64,000 bases of DNA from an uncultured Candidatus Saccharibacteria bacterium (GTDB taxonomy: Bacteria > Patescibacteriota > Minisyncoccia > Phycocordibacterales > UBA9973): NCBI GenBank assembly GCA_964527185.1, contig CAZGOI010000002.1, positions 31,513 to 95,512 on the forward strand, read 5' to 3'. A model generated the notes under the pieces. The model worked only from the letters and a program-made list of their open reading frames with translations. It ran no database searches and had not been told where the DNA came from. Of the stretch, positions 8,473 to 22,264 are shown in pieces. Numbering within the stretch: the stretch's first letter is position 1; each line of letters begins with the position of its first letter. The position numbers and the translations under genes are program-made.

Positions 8473-9234
8473 ATGAATTTCCACATTGTCACCCTTTTCC
8501 CCCAGATGTTTAACTCTTATTTAAAAGAGTCGATTTTGGGGCGAGCGATTAAAGAAAAAAAGATAAAAGTTTCTTTCACTAACCCTCGAAAATTTGTTTC
8601 TGGCAAATACAGAAAAGTTTGGCCAGATGGCAACAAATCGCTGCAGATAGACGAACGGCCATATGGCGGCGGGCCGGGAATGGTCATGATGGCCGAGCCC
8701 GTAGTGAAAGCAGTAGAATCTATACAAGCTTCAGTTTTGAAAAAATTTTCTAAGTCCTCGGATCTCCTCGCAAAAAAAATGTCCAAAGGACGGGGAAGCT
8801 CGGCCAGACTTAAAAAATCTTTTCAAAATCTCCGCCCAGAAATCTTAACAATAAATTTTATTCCGACTGCCGAAAAGTTTACAACCAAATCGGCAAAAAA
8901 TATTTCTAAAAAATACACCGACGTCATCATGATCTGCGGTCGTTACGAGGGTATCGATGCTCGCGTCGATAAAATTCTTAAAACAAAAAAATATTCGATA
9001 GGCGACTATGTGCTGACCGGTGGCGAAATACCAGCGATGGTTCTCGTCGATTCTATCTCTCGCCAAATCGAAGGCGTCCTCGGCAATTTTGATTCTCTTG
9101 AAGAAGAGCGTACATCATCAAGCGAGATTTACACCCGCCCAGAAGTCATAAAATATAAAGGTAAAAACCACAAAGTCCCCAAGGTTCTGCTTTCCGGCAA
9201 TCATAAAAAAATAAACGAATGGAAAAATAAATAA
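8473..9234 (+). CDS. trmD: tRNA (guanine37-N1)-methyltransferase
   Basis: The TrmD motifs DERPYGGGPGMVMMAEP, ICGRYEGIDARV and GDYVLTGGEIPAMVLVDS are present. A ~60-aa Lys/Ser-rich insertion separates them. The ORF opens at 8455, but MNFHIVTLFP at 8473 fits the TrmD N-terminus. Confidence 0.8.
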   Translation: MNFHIVTLFPQMFNSYLKESILGRAIKEKKIKVSFTNPRKFVSGKYRKVWPDGNKSLQIDERPYGGGPGMVMMAEPVVKAVESIQASVLKKFSKSSDLLAKKMSKGRGSSARLKKSFQNLRPEILTINFIPTAEKFTTKSAKNISKKYTDVIMICGRYEGIDARVDKILKTKKYSIGDYVLTGGEIPAMVLVDSISRQIEGVLGNFDSLEEERTSSSEIYTRPEVIKYKGKNHKVPKVLLSGNHKKINEWKNK

Positions 9235-9238
9235 AAAA

Positions 9239-9268
9239 AGTCACTATTTTTAGTAGTGACTTAATTTT
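9239..9268. terminator. Bidirectional terminator hairpin AGTCACTA-tttttag-TAGTGACT between the convergent trmD and the 9283-9849 ORF
   Basis: Perfect 8-bp inverted repeat with A-rich and T-rich flanks. Confidence 0.55.
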
Positions 9269-9282
9269 TAACTTTCTATCAA

Positions 9283-9849
9283 TCATTGTTTAAAACATTC
9301 ACACCTCTCTTTGATGAAGATTTCTGTTTTCTTGCACAACTCAAGGAATGACAAGCCGGCGAGTTTAACACCGATTTCCCAATCGGCTCCGATTTCGCGG
9401 AATTGGTACTTTGCATCTTTCCATTTTATTGTACAGTTCGTCAGTGAAAATCTCCTGAAAAGTTTAGAGCTACGGCTCTCTTCGACGAATTCAATATTCA
9501 TAGAAGATATATCATTCATCAGGATGATAGTGCCAAAGCTTTGAAATGTGGACCCCTCGCCTCTGTTTGATGGGCCAAGATTGGCATGACCCGAGATTAC
9601 GAATTGGTCCAGCACTTCATGCACATTTTTTACTTTAGGTTGGTAGGTGCTAAATGCAGAAATGTCTTTGAAGTTTTCTTCAATGAAAGTTTTCCCTGAA
9701 AACATCAAGGTTATTGACGTATTAGGGAAGGCGATACCTTTCTGAAGAAAGGCAACTTGGCTTTGGAAAAAAGCCAGAATTTCATTCTTTTCCATAATAA
9801 TTTGGTTTTTATTTCTTAAGAGTATAACATATTTATAATTAGTTGTCAA
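9283..9849 (-). CDS. Hypothetical protein of 188 aa with no recognisable motif
   Basis: Long ORF on the minus strand in AT-rich DNA, convergent with trmD. An alternative start MEKNEILAFF lies at 9795. I recognise no conserved motif. Confidence 0.45.
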   Translation of the reverse strand: MTTNYKYVILLRNKNQIIMEKNEILAFFQSQVAFLQKGIAFPNTSITLMFSGKTFIEENFKDISAFSTYQPKVKNVHEVLDQFVISGHANLGPSNRGEGSTFQSFGTIILMNDISSMNIEFVEESRSSKLFRRFSLTNCTIKWKDAKYQFREIGADWEIGVKLAGLSFLELCKKTEIFIKERCECFKQ

Positions 9850-9868
9850 TTCATATACAGATCAACTA

Positions 9869-10720
9869 TTGACAAAATTCTGCTTTATTGATAATTTTGA
9901 AAGAAAAATTCTGCTTATGAAAAAAAGTAATATTTTCGTCAGGGGACTTTACACCCTCGTTCATTTATCTTTTGCTTTGATTTTAATACTATTGGCAATA
10001 TTGCCAATGTACCTTTTCAGCAAAATAAAGTGCCTGCTCTACAGCAGGGCAAAATTGTTCAAAGAATTTGCAACATCATGCAAGGTCATGTTGTTTGCCC
10101 TCGGGGTCGACTATCAAATTGATGGCTCTCTGCCCACAGATGACAATTTTATTGTCACAGCAAACCACACATCAATTCTTGATGTGTTTATCATCTGCGC
10201 GCTTTACAATGGCAGAAAGGGGACTATTTTTGTCAATAAATATCTTTTCAAAATACCAATCCTTGGATTTTTTCTAAGAAATATAGGCGCAATAATCGTT
10301 GATGTCGTAAAAGACAAAGACGGAATGGTCATAAGTTCTAAAATGAGCGACCAGGACAAGAAAAGATTATTTAAATTGTTGAAGGAAGGATACGACGCTT
10401 TCTTTTTCCCAGAGGGAACTAGAACGCTAGACGGCAAGCTACTGCCTTTTCAAGAAGGCGCCGCGGTCATCTCGATGCGTTCCGGAAAGAAAATAATACC
10501 GATCGGCATGCACGGCGGGTATGAATTCTACAGCAAAAAAAGCTGGCTGCTTAACCCCAAGGCATTGCCGGTTACGGTAAAAGTGGGCGAGCCCATTCAA
10601 TACAAGGGAAGTGACCGAAAAGAATTGACCACACTGTTGAGAGAAAATATAAAATCTTGCATAGAAAGTGCAAAGATTATGAGGACAAATCTGCTGACTC
10701 AGGCCCAATATGCTACCTAG
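9869..10720 (+). CDS. plsC: 1-acyl-sn-glycerol-3-phosphate acyltransferase-like lysophospholipid acyltransferase
   Basis: Acyltransferase HX4D motif in ANHTSILD, the FPEGTRT motif, and an N-terminal TM segment. An alternative start lies at 9917 (MKKSNIF). Confidence 0.7.
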   Translation: MTKFCFIDNFERKILLMKKSNIFVRGLYTLVHLSFALILILLAILPMYLFSKIKCLLYSRAKLFKEFATSCKVMLFALGVDYQIDGSLPTDDNFIVTANHTSILDVFIICALYNGRKGTIFVNKYLFKIPILGFFLRNIGAIIVDVVKDKDGMVISSKMSDQDKKRLFKLLKEGYDAFFFPEGTRTLDGKLLPFQEGAAVISMRSGKKIIPIGMHGGYEFYSKKSWLLNPKALPVTVKVGEPIQYKGSDRKELTTLLRENIKSCIESAKIMRTNLLTQAQYAT

Positions 10721-10734
10721 TCAGCCCAATTTTT

Positions 10735-10761
10735 AAAGCCCCGCCATCCGGGGCTTTTTTG
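10735..10761 (+). terminator. Rho-independent terminator AGCCCCG-ccatc-CGGGGCT plus T6
   Basis: Seen directly in the sequence. Confidence 0.65.
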
Positions 10762-10846
10762 ATAATACACCCACCCCTTGACTTTTATACTAAAGTATGA
10801 TAATATTATCACATATAAAAAGTTCTTTAAAAGAAAGGTTTTTTAA

Positions 10847-11296
10847 TTGAGTAAAGCATTATCTGCATCGAAAATTGGTGCAATTAATGCTCTACTCATA
10901 TTTCAAATCATAAAACTTTATAAAATGAAAAATCTACTTCTCATTTTAATGGGGGGGGTGCTTCTCCTATCATCCTGTTCGGAAAATATCAATGACAATA
11001 AAAAAGCAGATCAGACACTGTATGTGATAAACAGTGACAGTAGTGTCATTGTTTACAAACATGATTCCAAAGAACCAATTATTCTTACAAAACCAATTAC
11101 CCTTGAAATTCTAAAGAAGTTTTCTATACCCTATGACGTTATAATTTCCAGCGAAAAAAATAATGGAATCAGAAGATACATCGAAGGGGAAAACAACGAT
11201 TATTACGAAGTTGATTTCCGTAGAACCTTTTTGATTTTACTTTTGTTGTTTTTATTTATTTCTATAGGTCTTCTAATGATTTTCAAAAATTCATAA
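10847..11296 (+). CDS. Small putative lipoprotein with a C-terminal TM helix (hypothetical)
   Basis: The internal Met at about 10925 gives MKNLLLILMGGVLLLSSC, with a lipobox-like LSSC. A C-terminal hydrophobic stretch (LILLLLFLFISIGLLMIF) follows. Confidence 0.45.
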   Translation: MSKALSASKIGAINALLIFQIIKLYKMKNLLLILMGGVLLLSSCSENINDNKKADQTLYVINSDSSVIVYKHDSKEPIILTKPITLEILKKFSIPYDVIISSEKNNGIRRYIEGENNDYYEVDFRRTFLILLLLFLFISIGLLMIFKNS

Positions 11297-11330
11297 GATT
11301 AGTAGAAGATTAGTCAGGTGTTTAAAATAA

Positions 11331-11360
11331 AAAAACCTTATGCTTGCATAGGGTTTTTTG
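11331..11360 (+). terminator. Rho-independent terminator (CCTTATGC-ttgc-ATAGGG plus T6)
   Basis: Hairpin plus T-run, seen directly in the sequence. Confidence 0.5.
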
Positions 11361-11368
11361 ATATTAGG

Positions 11369-11395
11369 TTGACAAAAAAGAGGCGATAGTATAAG
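11369..11395 (+). promoter_or_regulatory. Candidate promoter TTGACA-15nt-TATAAG upstream of rpoB, followed by a ~140-nt leader
   Basis: TTGACA at 11369-11374 and TATAAG at 11390-11395. The spacer is short, so this call is weak. Confidence 0.25.
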
Positions 11396-11537
11396 ATAGT
11401 CGGCAGTGAATATCGATTGAGTTATGGCAGATCAATCACTACTTATTAGCCTTTAGGCAAGCTTTTGTGCAAACAAAACATACCTGCCAATTAAAATAAA
11501 AACGAGAACATAGGGTTCCCCGCCTTGGTGTTTTTGT

Positions 11538-14500
11538 TTGTTTTATATTATGAAGAAAAAAAATACACGAGAAAAGAAATATTTTTCGCGCTACAAAAAG
11601 CCATTGGTTGAATTCCCAAATCTAATCGAAGACCAGCTTTCATCATTCAACTGGCTCGTCGAAAAAGGCTTGAAGGAAGTCTTCAAAGAGTTTTCGCCGA
11701 TCAACGACTACTCTGAAAAGAAATTCCAACTCGACTTTACTTCGTTTACTCTCGGCGAACCAAAATTCGACGAGGAATACACAAAGATAAACAAACTTAC
11801 CTACGAAGGTCAGCTCAAAGCCCGCGTTCGACTTTTAAATAAAAGTATCGGCACTTCAAAAGAACAAGAAATATTTATGGCCGATGTTCCACTCATGACT
11901 CGCCACGGGACTTTCATCATCAATGGCGTCGAGCGCGTCATCGTTGGTCAGTTGACCAGGTCGTTCGGAGTTTTCTTCACCGAGCAAGAACTAAAGGGCA
12001 AAAGATATTTCGGGGCCAAGATAATTCCAAGCCGCGGGGTTTGGATCGAAATAGAATCAGACCCAGACGGGGCGATATATGTTCGCATAGACAAGAAGCG
12101 CAAGTTTTCTGCCGCTTCGCTTTTGCGCGTGCTCGGTCTCGATAGCGACGAGGCCATGGTTAAGGCCTTTGGCAAATCTGCCGAAGTCGGCGCCGAAGAA
12201 CTCGCCAGGGTTGCCAAAGCCTGCCTAGACAAAGACCCAGCCAAAACCCTTTCAGACTCATATATAGAGATATACAAACGCCTGCGCGACGGTGACCTAG
12301 CGACGGCCGAAAACGCCCGTGAATTTATAAATACACTTCTTTCAAGCGAGCGTTATGACCTGTCGCCGGTCGGTCGCTTCCGCTTCAACAAACGTTTTGG
12401 AAAAAGCATGGACGACAAAGAAATGGAACGCCGAACAATATCGTCTGATGACGTCATCACAATTTTAAAAAATATTATCGAGCTCAACAATAATTCTCAT
12501 GCCAAGGCCGATGATATCGACCACTTGGGCCAGCGACGCGTGCGCTATGTTGGTGAAATGCTCCAACAAAAATTCCGCATGGGCATGGCGCAGATAAAGC
12601 GGAACATCCAAGACCGCATGTCGACGATCGATGTCTCGACATCGCTACCGATTGCCATCATCAATCAGCGCCCGCTGCAAGCTCGCATCAAAGAATTTTT
12701 CACAGCCAACCAGCTTTCGCAATTCATGAACCAAGAAAATGTTATGGCCGAAGTCGAGCACTTGCGCATTCTATCTGCTCTTGGTCCGGGCGGGCTGACC
12801 CGCGAGCGCGCTGGGCTCGAAGTTCGCGACGTGCACACCTCGCACTATGGTCGCGTCTGTCCGATCCACACACCAGAAGGCCCAAACATCGGCCTCATCC
12901 TCCACCTTTCGACATATGCCAAGATCAACGAATTTGGAATTATTGAAACGCCATACATCAAAGTTAAAAACGGCAAAATTACCGGCGAAGTTGTCTATCT
13001 TAATGCTCTCGAAGAAGAACGATACAACATTGCCCACTCGGGTATCGATTATGATGAAAAAGGAAATATTTTAGAAGCTAAAGTCGAAGCCCGGGTCAAA
13101 ACAAACCCAGGCATGGTCTCAAAAAACGAAGTTGATTTTATCGACGTAGCCACCAACCAAGCTTTCTCGATCGCTACTTCTATGATTCCATTCCTCGAGC
13201 ACGATGACGCCCACCGAACGCTCATGGGCTCTAACATGCAGAAGCAAGCTCTGCCTTGCATCATTCCTGAAGCTCCGCTTGTGGCAACCGGAGTTGAAGA
13301 ACTTGCCTCCCGAGATTCTGGCCGCCTGGTCACATCAGAAGTTTCCGGCACAGTTTCATATGTCGACGCCAAAAAAATAATCATCAAAGACGACAAGGGC
13401 AAAGACCATCCATACCCGCTCGTAAATTTTTCTCGCACCAACAACTTTTCTGTCTTTCATCAACGGCCAAATGTTTCACTCGGTGACCACGTAAAAAAAC
13501 ACCAGGTCATCGCCGATACGAGCACGACAGATGATGGCCAGATTGCTCTCGGCCAGAATGCTCTCGTTGCCTTTATGTCTTGGGGTGGCGCAAACTACGA
13601 AGACGCCATCATCCTCTCAGAGCGGCTCGTCAAAGAAAGTAAATTTACAAGCATCTATGTCACTGAATTCGTTTGCAACGTTCGCGATACCAAGCTTGGT
13701 CCTGAAATCACAACTCGCGATATTCCAAACGTCGGCGAAAATAAATTAAAAGATCTAGATGAAGACGGCATCGTTGTCATCGGCGCTGAAGTTCGCGAAA
13801 ATGATATCTTGGTCGGAAAGATCACTCCGAAAGGGGAAACCGAGCTAACACCCGAAGAGAGACTCCTGCGCTCGATCTTCACCGAGAAGGCTCGCGATGT
13901 CAAAGATACTTCACTGCGACTCGAGCATGGCAAACGCGGTCGCATTGTCGGTGTTAAAATTTTCTCTCGCGACCAAGGCCACAACCTCGAATCTGGAATC
14001 ATAAAGAAAATTGTTGTCGAGATTGCCCAACTGCGAAATATCTCTGTCGGCGACAAATTGGCTGGCCGACACGGAAACAAGGGCGTCATCTCGGTCATCT
14101 TGCCCGAAGAAGAAATGCCTTACATGGCAGATGGTACACCGATCGACGTCATACTAACCCCGCTCGGCGTTCCATCTCGTATGAACTTGGGCCAGATTCT
14201 TGAAATGCATTTGGGTTATGCTGCTAACACTCTCGGCTACCAGGCCATCGTTCCGCCATTTTCATCGGCCACAGTCCCTGAAATAAAATCCGAGCTTGTA
14301 AAAGCTGGTCTACCAGAGAGCGGCAAAGTTGTACTCTATGATGGCCGCACCGGGGATGCATTCGATCAAGACGTCGCCATCGGTTACATGTATATGCTCA
14401 AACTCCACCACATGGTTGAAGATAAATTGCACATGCGTTCAATTGGTCCATACTCTCTCATTACCCAGCAACCGCTCGGCGGTAAAGCCCAAGGTGGCGG

Positions 14501-14738
14501 ACAGCGATTCGGAGAAATGGAAGTCTGGGCGCTCGAGGGACATGGTTCGGCTTATACATTGCGTGAAATGTTAACAATAAAGTCAGATGATATCATGGGT
14601 CGGTCTGCAACTTTCGATTCGATTATCAAAGGTCAACCAATCGGCGAGCCAAATGTTCCAGCATCTTTTAACGTCATGTTAAATTATTTGCGCGGTCTAT
14701 CGCTCGATGTCGATCTAAAGAAATCACAAAATAATTAA
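11538..14738 (+). CDS. rpoB: DNA-directed RNA polymerase subunit beta
   Basis: 1066-aa ORF with conserved RpoB blocks, including GMAQIKRN, the rif-cluster region MGSNMQKQALP and RHGNKGVIS. The true start is probably MKKKNT at 11550. Confidence 0.95.
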   Translation: MFYIMKKKNTREKKYFSRYKKPLVEFPNLIEDQLSSFNWLVEKGLKEVFKEFSPINDYSEKKFQLDFTSFTLGEPKFDEEYTKINKLTYEGQLKARVRLLNKSIGTSKEQEIFMADVPLMTRHGTFIINGVERVIVGQLTRSFGVFFTEQELKGKRYFGAKIIPSRGVWIEIESDPDGAIYVRIDKKRKFSAASLLRVLGLDSDEAMVKAFGKSAEVGAEELARVAKACLDKDPAKTLSDSYIEIYKRLRDGDLATAENAREFINTLLSSERYDLSPVGRFRFNKRFGKSMDDKEMERRTISSDDVITILKNIIELNNNSHAKADDIDHLGQRRVRYVGEMLQQKFRMGMAQIKRNIQDRMSTIDVSTSLPIAIINQRPLQARIKEFFTANQLSQFMNQENVMAEVEHLRILSALGPGGLTRERAGLEVRDVHTSHYGRVCPIHTPEGPNIGLILHLSTYAKINEFGIIETPYIKVKNGKITGEVVYLNALEEERYNIAHSGIDYDEKGNILEAKVEARVKTNPGMVSKNEVDFIDVATNQAFSIATSMIPFLEHDDAHRTLMGSNMQKQALPCIIPEAPLVATGVEELASRDSGRLVTSEVSGTVSYVDAKKIIIKDDKGKDHPYPLVNFSRTNNFSVFHQRPNVSLGDHVKKHQVIADTSTTDDGQIALGQNALVAFMSWGGANYEDAIILSERLVKESKFTSIYVTEFVCNVRDTKLGPEITTRDIPNVGENKLKDLDEDGIVVIGAEVRENDILVGKITPKGETELTPEERLLRSIFTEKARDVKDTSLRLEHGKRGRIVGVKIFSRDQGHNLESGIIKKIVVEIAQLRNISVGDKLAGRHGNKGVISVILPEEEMPYMADGTPIDVILTPLGVPSRMNLGQILEMHLGYAANTLGYQAIVPPFSSATVPEIKSELVKAGLPESGKVVLYDGRTGDAFDQDVAIGYMYMLKLHHMVEDKLHMRSIGPYSLITQQPLGGKAQGGGQRFGEMEVWALEGHGSAYTLREMLTIKSDDIMGRSATFDSIIKGQPIGEPNVPASFNVMLNYLRGLSLDVDLKKSQNN

Positions 14739-14758
14739 TCTCTAATAAATTTAAAATT

Positions 14759-18373
<3,615 letters not shown>

Positions 18374-18391
18374 AAATAAAACGCAGGTATT

Positions 18392-20128
18392 ATGGATAGA
18401 TCACCTGTTGAAAAAATAAAAGAGAGACTCCAGATTGTTGATGTTATCTCTTCGTATCTACAAGTCAACCAAGCTGGAAAAAATTATAAAGCCAAGTGTC
18501 CTTTTCACAATGAAAAGACGCCGTCTTTTTTCATATCTCCCGATCGGGGCACCTATTATTGTTTTGGCTGTGGCGCAAAAGGGGATATTTTTTCATTTGT
18601 TCAAAATTTCGAAGGCACAGATTTTTTAGGTTCACTAAAACTCTTGGCTGAACGTGCTGGGGTTGCGCTTCAAAAATATCGACCAAATAAATCAGATGAA
18701 AAAATCGGAATCTACCACGAGGCAATGGAAGAGGCGACAAAATTTTTTGAATCGCACTTGGCCCAAAATACCGAAGCCCACGCTTATTTAAAAAGTAGGG
18801 GGTTAACAGACCAAACAATAAAATTATTCCGGATCGGCTACGCCCCGGCCTCTTGGCGATCGGCGTCAGAATACCTAATACAAAAAGGTTTTAAAAAAGA
18901 AGATATCGAAGCCATCGGGCTTGTAAAATTAAACGAAAAAGGTTTCTACGACAGGTTCCGCAGCCGGATCATGTTTCCTATAAACGATTCGAGTGGCCGC
19001 ACGATTGCTTTCTCTGGTAGAATTTTTGGCGCGCAACAGGCCGAAGGCACAATCGAAGAGGCAAAATACATAAACAGTCCAGATACACCACTCTACAACA
19101 AATCAAACGTCTTATTTGGTATCGATAAGGCCAAGAGCGATATTAGAAAAAGAGGTTACAGTATTGTCGTTGAGGGTCAGCTCGACCTGATTCTTTCGCA
19201 CCAAGCGTCGTTTACAAATACCGTCGCTATCTCTGGAACAGCATTGTCTGATTCTGTTTCAGACAGTGAATCTAAAATAAATAATTTGGGCCTAATACGC
19301 AGGCTTTCGCCAAATGTTATTTTTGCTTTTGATGGCGATGAAGCTGGCATCAGGGCTTCTAGTCGAAGCGCTGCGATCGCGCTTTCTCTTGATATGCAAG
19401 TCAAAGTTGCAGAACTGCCAGAAGGCGAAGACCCAGCCGATATCATTTCTAAAAACCCAGACCACTGGAGGGATATAATTAAAAATTCAAAAAATATAGT
19501 CAGCTTTCATATCGACCGAATATGCAAAACATATGCCGACCCAAGAATCAGAGGCAGAAAAATCAGAGAAATAATCTTCCCATTTCTTTTGATGGTCAAG
19601 AGCTCGATCGAACGCTCGGCCTATATAAAAGAAATCCATGATAAAACAGACCTGCCAGAGAATTCTATCATCCTAGACCTTGAATCTTTTGAGAAAGCAA
19701 ATATTGACACCATGGTCGAACCAAGCGAGGCTGAAGAAAAGAAAAAAAATATTTCACGACGCGAGAACCTTGAGCGGAAATTCTTTGGCATACTGTACTG
19801 GCAAGAGGAATCAAAAAGTGAAAACGAAAAAGTAAAAAAAATAATCGAAAATTTTAAAAAAAGAATAAACGAAGACGTATTTAAAAAAATTACCGAAGAA
19901 CACGAACCATTCAAAGACTCTCTGGCATTTGAAACAGAAATGTGGTATGGTCAGAAGACTGATATGATAGAAACTGATGTAGAGGAACTGACGCTCAACT
20001 TGGAAGAAGAAATTTTAAAAGAAGAAAAATTGATCCTACAACCACTTGATTCAAAAGAGAAATTAAAAGCATTCGACAATTTATCGAAGAGAATTGAAGA
20101 AATTAAACAAAATCGCTCATCAAAATAA
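18392..20128 (+). CDS. dnaG: DNA primase
   Basis: Zinc-ribbon [11 protein letters not shown]...CFGCGAKGD, then a TOPRIM region (VVEGQLD...FDGDEAG). Confidence 0.9.
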   Translation: MDRSPVEKIKERLQIVDVISSYLQVNQAGKNYKAKCPFHNEKTPSFFISPDRGTYYCFGCGAKGDIFSFVQNFEGTDFLGSLKLLAERAGVALQKYRPNKSDEKIGIYHEAMEEATKFFESHLAQNTEAHAYLKSRGLTDQTIKLFRIGYAPASWRSASEYLIQKGFKKEDIEAIGLVKLNEKGFYDRFRSRIMFPINDSSGRTIAFSGRIFGAQQAEGTIEEAKYINSPDTPLYNKSNVLFGIDKAKSDIRKRGYSIVVEGQLDLILSHQASFTNTVAISGTALSDSVSDSESKINNLGLIRRLSPNVIFAFDGDEAGIRASSRSAAIALSLDMQVKVAELPEGEDPADIISKNPDHWRDIIKNSKNIVSFHIDRICKTYADPRIRGRKIREIIFPFLLMVKSSIERSAYIKEIHDKTDLPENSIILDLESFEKANIDTMVEPSEAEEKKKNISRRENLERKFFGILYWQEESKSENEKVKKIIENFKKRINEDVFKKITEEHEPFKDSLAFETEMWYGQKTDMIETDVEELTLNLEEEILKEEKLILQPLDSKEKLKAFDNLSKRIEEIKQNRSSK

Positions 20129-20130
20129 TT

Positions 20131-21396
20131 ATGGCTAAAAAAACAAAAGCAAAGAAAAAAATAAAGAAAATCGCCAAAAAAGCCAAGAAAATCAAGGCTA
20201 AAAAGAAAGTTGCAAAAAAAGCCCTAAAATCAAAAAAGGCCAAAAAGATAAAAAAGCCAACCAAAGTAGCCAAGAAAGCAAAAAAAGTTGCAAAATCGCA
20301 GAAACTTTCATCGGCCGAGCGCCGGGCTGTCGACCTCGAACAAAAAGCCAAACTAATGGTTGAAAAGGGTAAAAAGCGCGGTTTTGTGACATACGACGAG
20401 ATCATCAAAGAATTTCCAGACATCGAAAGCAACATTCTTTTCCTCGATGATCTATATGAAAAGCTATCTTCATCGGGCATCGACGTTCTTGAGGGTGGCA
20501 ACTTGCTTGACGTTGACGGCAATTCTGAAAAACAAATGCTCAAGTACAGCAAAGATGCGCAAGGTTACGATTCGATACAAATGTATCTTAAAGAAATCGG
20601 CCAATACCCGCTTATCAATGCTCACGATGAGAAAGATTTAGCTAAGCGAATCGAAAGAGGGGATACCGAAGCCAAAAATTTGCTGGCCCGAGCCAACTTG
20701 CGCTTGGTCGTTTCGATTGCCAAGAAATATGTCGGCCGCAGCTCTGACCTGACGCTCCTTGACCTCATTCAAGAAGGCAACCTCGGTCTTTTCAAAGCCG
20801 TTGAAAAATTTGATTGGACCAAAGGCTACAAATTCTCGACCTATGCGACGTGGTGGATTCGCCAATCGATTACTCGCGCCTTGGCCGACCAGTCGCGAAC
20901 TATTCGCATACCGGTGCACATGGTTGAAACAATTTCAAAATACAAGCAAGTCGTGCGCCGACTTTCACAAGACCTTGGCCGCGAACCGCTGGTTGAAGAA
21001 ATTGCCACAGAAATGGGTCTTGATATCGAAAAAATTCACATCATCGAACAGATAAACCAAGAGACCGTCTCGCTCGAACAGCCGATCGGGGATGACGATG
21101 AAAAATCGACCCGCGGTGAATTTATTCCTGACGATAAAATTCTTCGCCCAGACCAAGATTCTTCGCGACGAATTCTCTCTGATCAAATAAAAGAAGTGCT
21201 CGACACCCTTTCGCCAAAAGAACGCAAAATTCTCGAACTGCGCTACGGCTTAAACGACGGCATTCAACACACCCTCGAAGAAGTCGGGACGGAATTTAAT
21301 GTTACCCGTGAGCGCATTCGCCAAATTGAAGCCAAGGTTCATGAAAAGCTCCGTAACAATGACAAAATCGCCCGCCTCAAAAACTATTTTGATTAG
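20131..21396 (+). CDS. rpoD: RNA polymerase sigma-70 factor (RpoD/SigA) with a ~55-aa lysine-rich N-terminal extension
   Basis: Region 2 through 4 motifs are present: [36 protein letters not shown] and [22 protein letters not shown]. The N-terminus reads [56 protein letters not shown]. Confidence 0.9.
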   Translation: MAKKTKAKKKIKKIAKKAKKIKAKKKVAKKALKSKKAKKIKKPTKVAKKAKKVAKSQKLSSAERRAVDLEQKAKLMVEKGKKRGFVTYDEIIKEFPDIESNILFLDDLYEKLSSSGIDVLEGGNLLDVDGNSEKQMLKYSKDAQGYDSIQMYLKEIGQYPLINAHDEKDLAKRIERGDTEAKNLLARANLRLVVSIAKKYVGRSSDLTLLDLIQEGNLGLFKAVEKFDWTKGYKFSTYATWWIRQSITRALADQSRTIRIPVHMVETISKYKQVVRRLSQDLGREPLVEEIATEMGLDIEKIHIIEQINQETVSLEQPIGDDDEKSTRGEFIPDDKILRPDQDSSRRILSDQIKEVLDTLSPKERKILELRYGLNDGIQHTLEEVGTEFNVTRERIRQIEAKVHEKLRNNDKIARLKNYFD

Positions 21397-21404
21397 TAAA
21401 AAAA

Positions 21405-21437
21405 TAAAAAACACCCTACTTTGTAGGGTGTTTTTTA
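21405..21437 (+). terminator. Rho-independent terminator ACACCCTAC-ttt-GTAGGGTGT plus T6
   Basis: Seen directly after the rpoD stop codon. Confidence 0.7.
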
Positions 21438-21488
21438 TTGACATTTTTGAATAAATATGTAGTATGAGAATAAATCAAAAAATGTTTT

Positions 21489-22199
21489 ATGAAAAAATAC
21501 CTGTTTCTAATGCTCCTTTTGCCAACAATTGCAAAGGGGCAAGTCCTTTTTGAGAAAGCAAACGACTCAACTGTCTATGAATACTTGCTCAGGAAGCACA
21601 GCATCGTTCTTGACAAGACGATTCCCGATACCATTGATGGGTACGTGCGATCCCCAGGTGATTATGTTTCTTCGGTGGAAATACAATATCGTAAACCAAT
21701 AGATAGTTTCCGTCTCGTTGGAGAAGATAAACACCTTCGATCACCAGATTTTGAAATGGCGATTACAGATGGCGAACTTACGCTTGATGAAAAAAGGAAA
21801 ACCATCTTCATAAATTTTTTCCTCACCGAAGAACACGAAAAAGTAACTAGTGTTCTCTCATATAACAGAGATACTAAAACTTTTGTTAGAAAGGATAATT
21901 ATTCAAAAAGATCACTCTTTCCATCACCCGTGACTACATCTTTCTTACTCGTTCTTCTTTTCTTGGGGTTACTTATCGCAAGAGACAAAGGGTTCATGAT
22001 TCATCGGAATGAAAATAAAATATTTCGCTCAGTGTCAGACTCTTTTTTATTCAACACTGTGGCTGGTGGAATTAGTTTTCTTTTTGTCTTCTCTGGTAAA
22101 ATTCACGTGCCACTAGACCAAAGGATAGTAGCATGGTTAGTCCGTTGGTTGTTGGTTTTTCTTTTGTTTCTTATATTCATAAGGAGAGAAAAAGAATAA
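21489..22199 (+). CDS. Hypothetical secreted/membrane protein (signal peptide, C-terminal TM helices)
   Basis: N-terminal MKKYLFLMLLLPTIAKG looks like a signal peptide. Hydrophobic segments lie near the C-terminus. Confidence 0.45.
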   Translation: MKKYLFLMLLLPTIAKGQVLFEKANDSTVYEYLLRKHSIVLDKTIPDTIDGYVRSPGDYVSSVEIQYRKPIDSFRLVGEDKHLRSPDFEMAITDGELTLDEKRKTIFINFFLTEEHEKVTSVLSYNRDTKTFVRKDNYSKRSLFPSPVTTSFLLVLLFLGLLIARDKGFMIHRNENKIFRSVSDSFLFNTVAGGISFLFVFSGKIHVPLDQRIVAWLVRWLLVFLLFLIFIRREKE

Positions 22200-22217
22200 T
22201 CTTCCTACAAATCATTA

Positions 22218-22244
22218 AAGTCTGGCCTCGTGCCAGACTTTTTC
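22218..22244. terminator. Bidirectional terminator GTCTGGC-ctcgt-GCCAGAC plus T5
   Basis: Hairpin between convergent genes. Confidence 0.6.
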
Positions 22245-22264
22245 ATTTCAGATGATAAAATATT

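Noticed and set aside
11538-11549. rpoB start at 11538 (MFYIM...) versus 11550 (MKKKNT...).
   Set aside because: This is not decidable from the sequence alone. I kept the longest ORF as the feature and noted that the downstream Met is probably the real start. The choice has no functional consequence.
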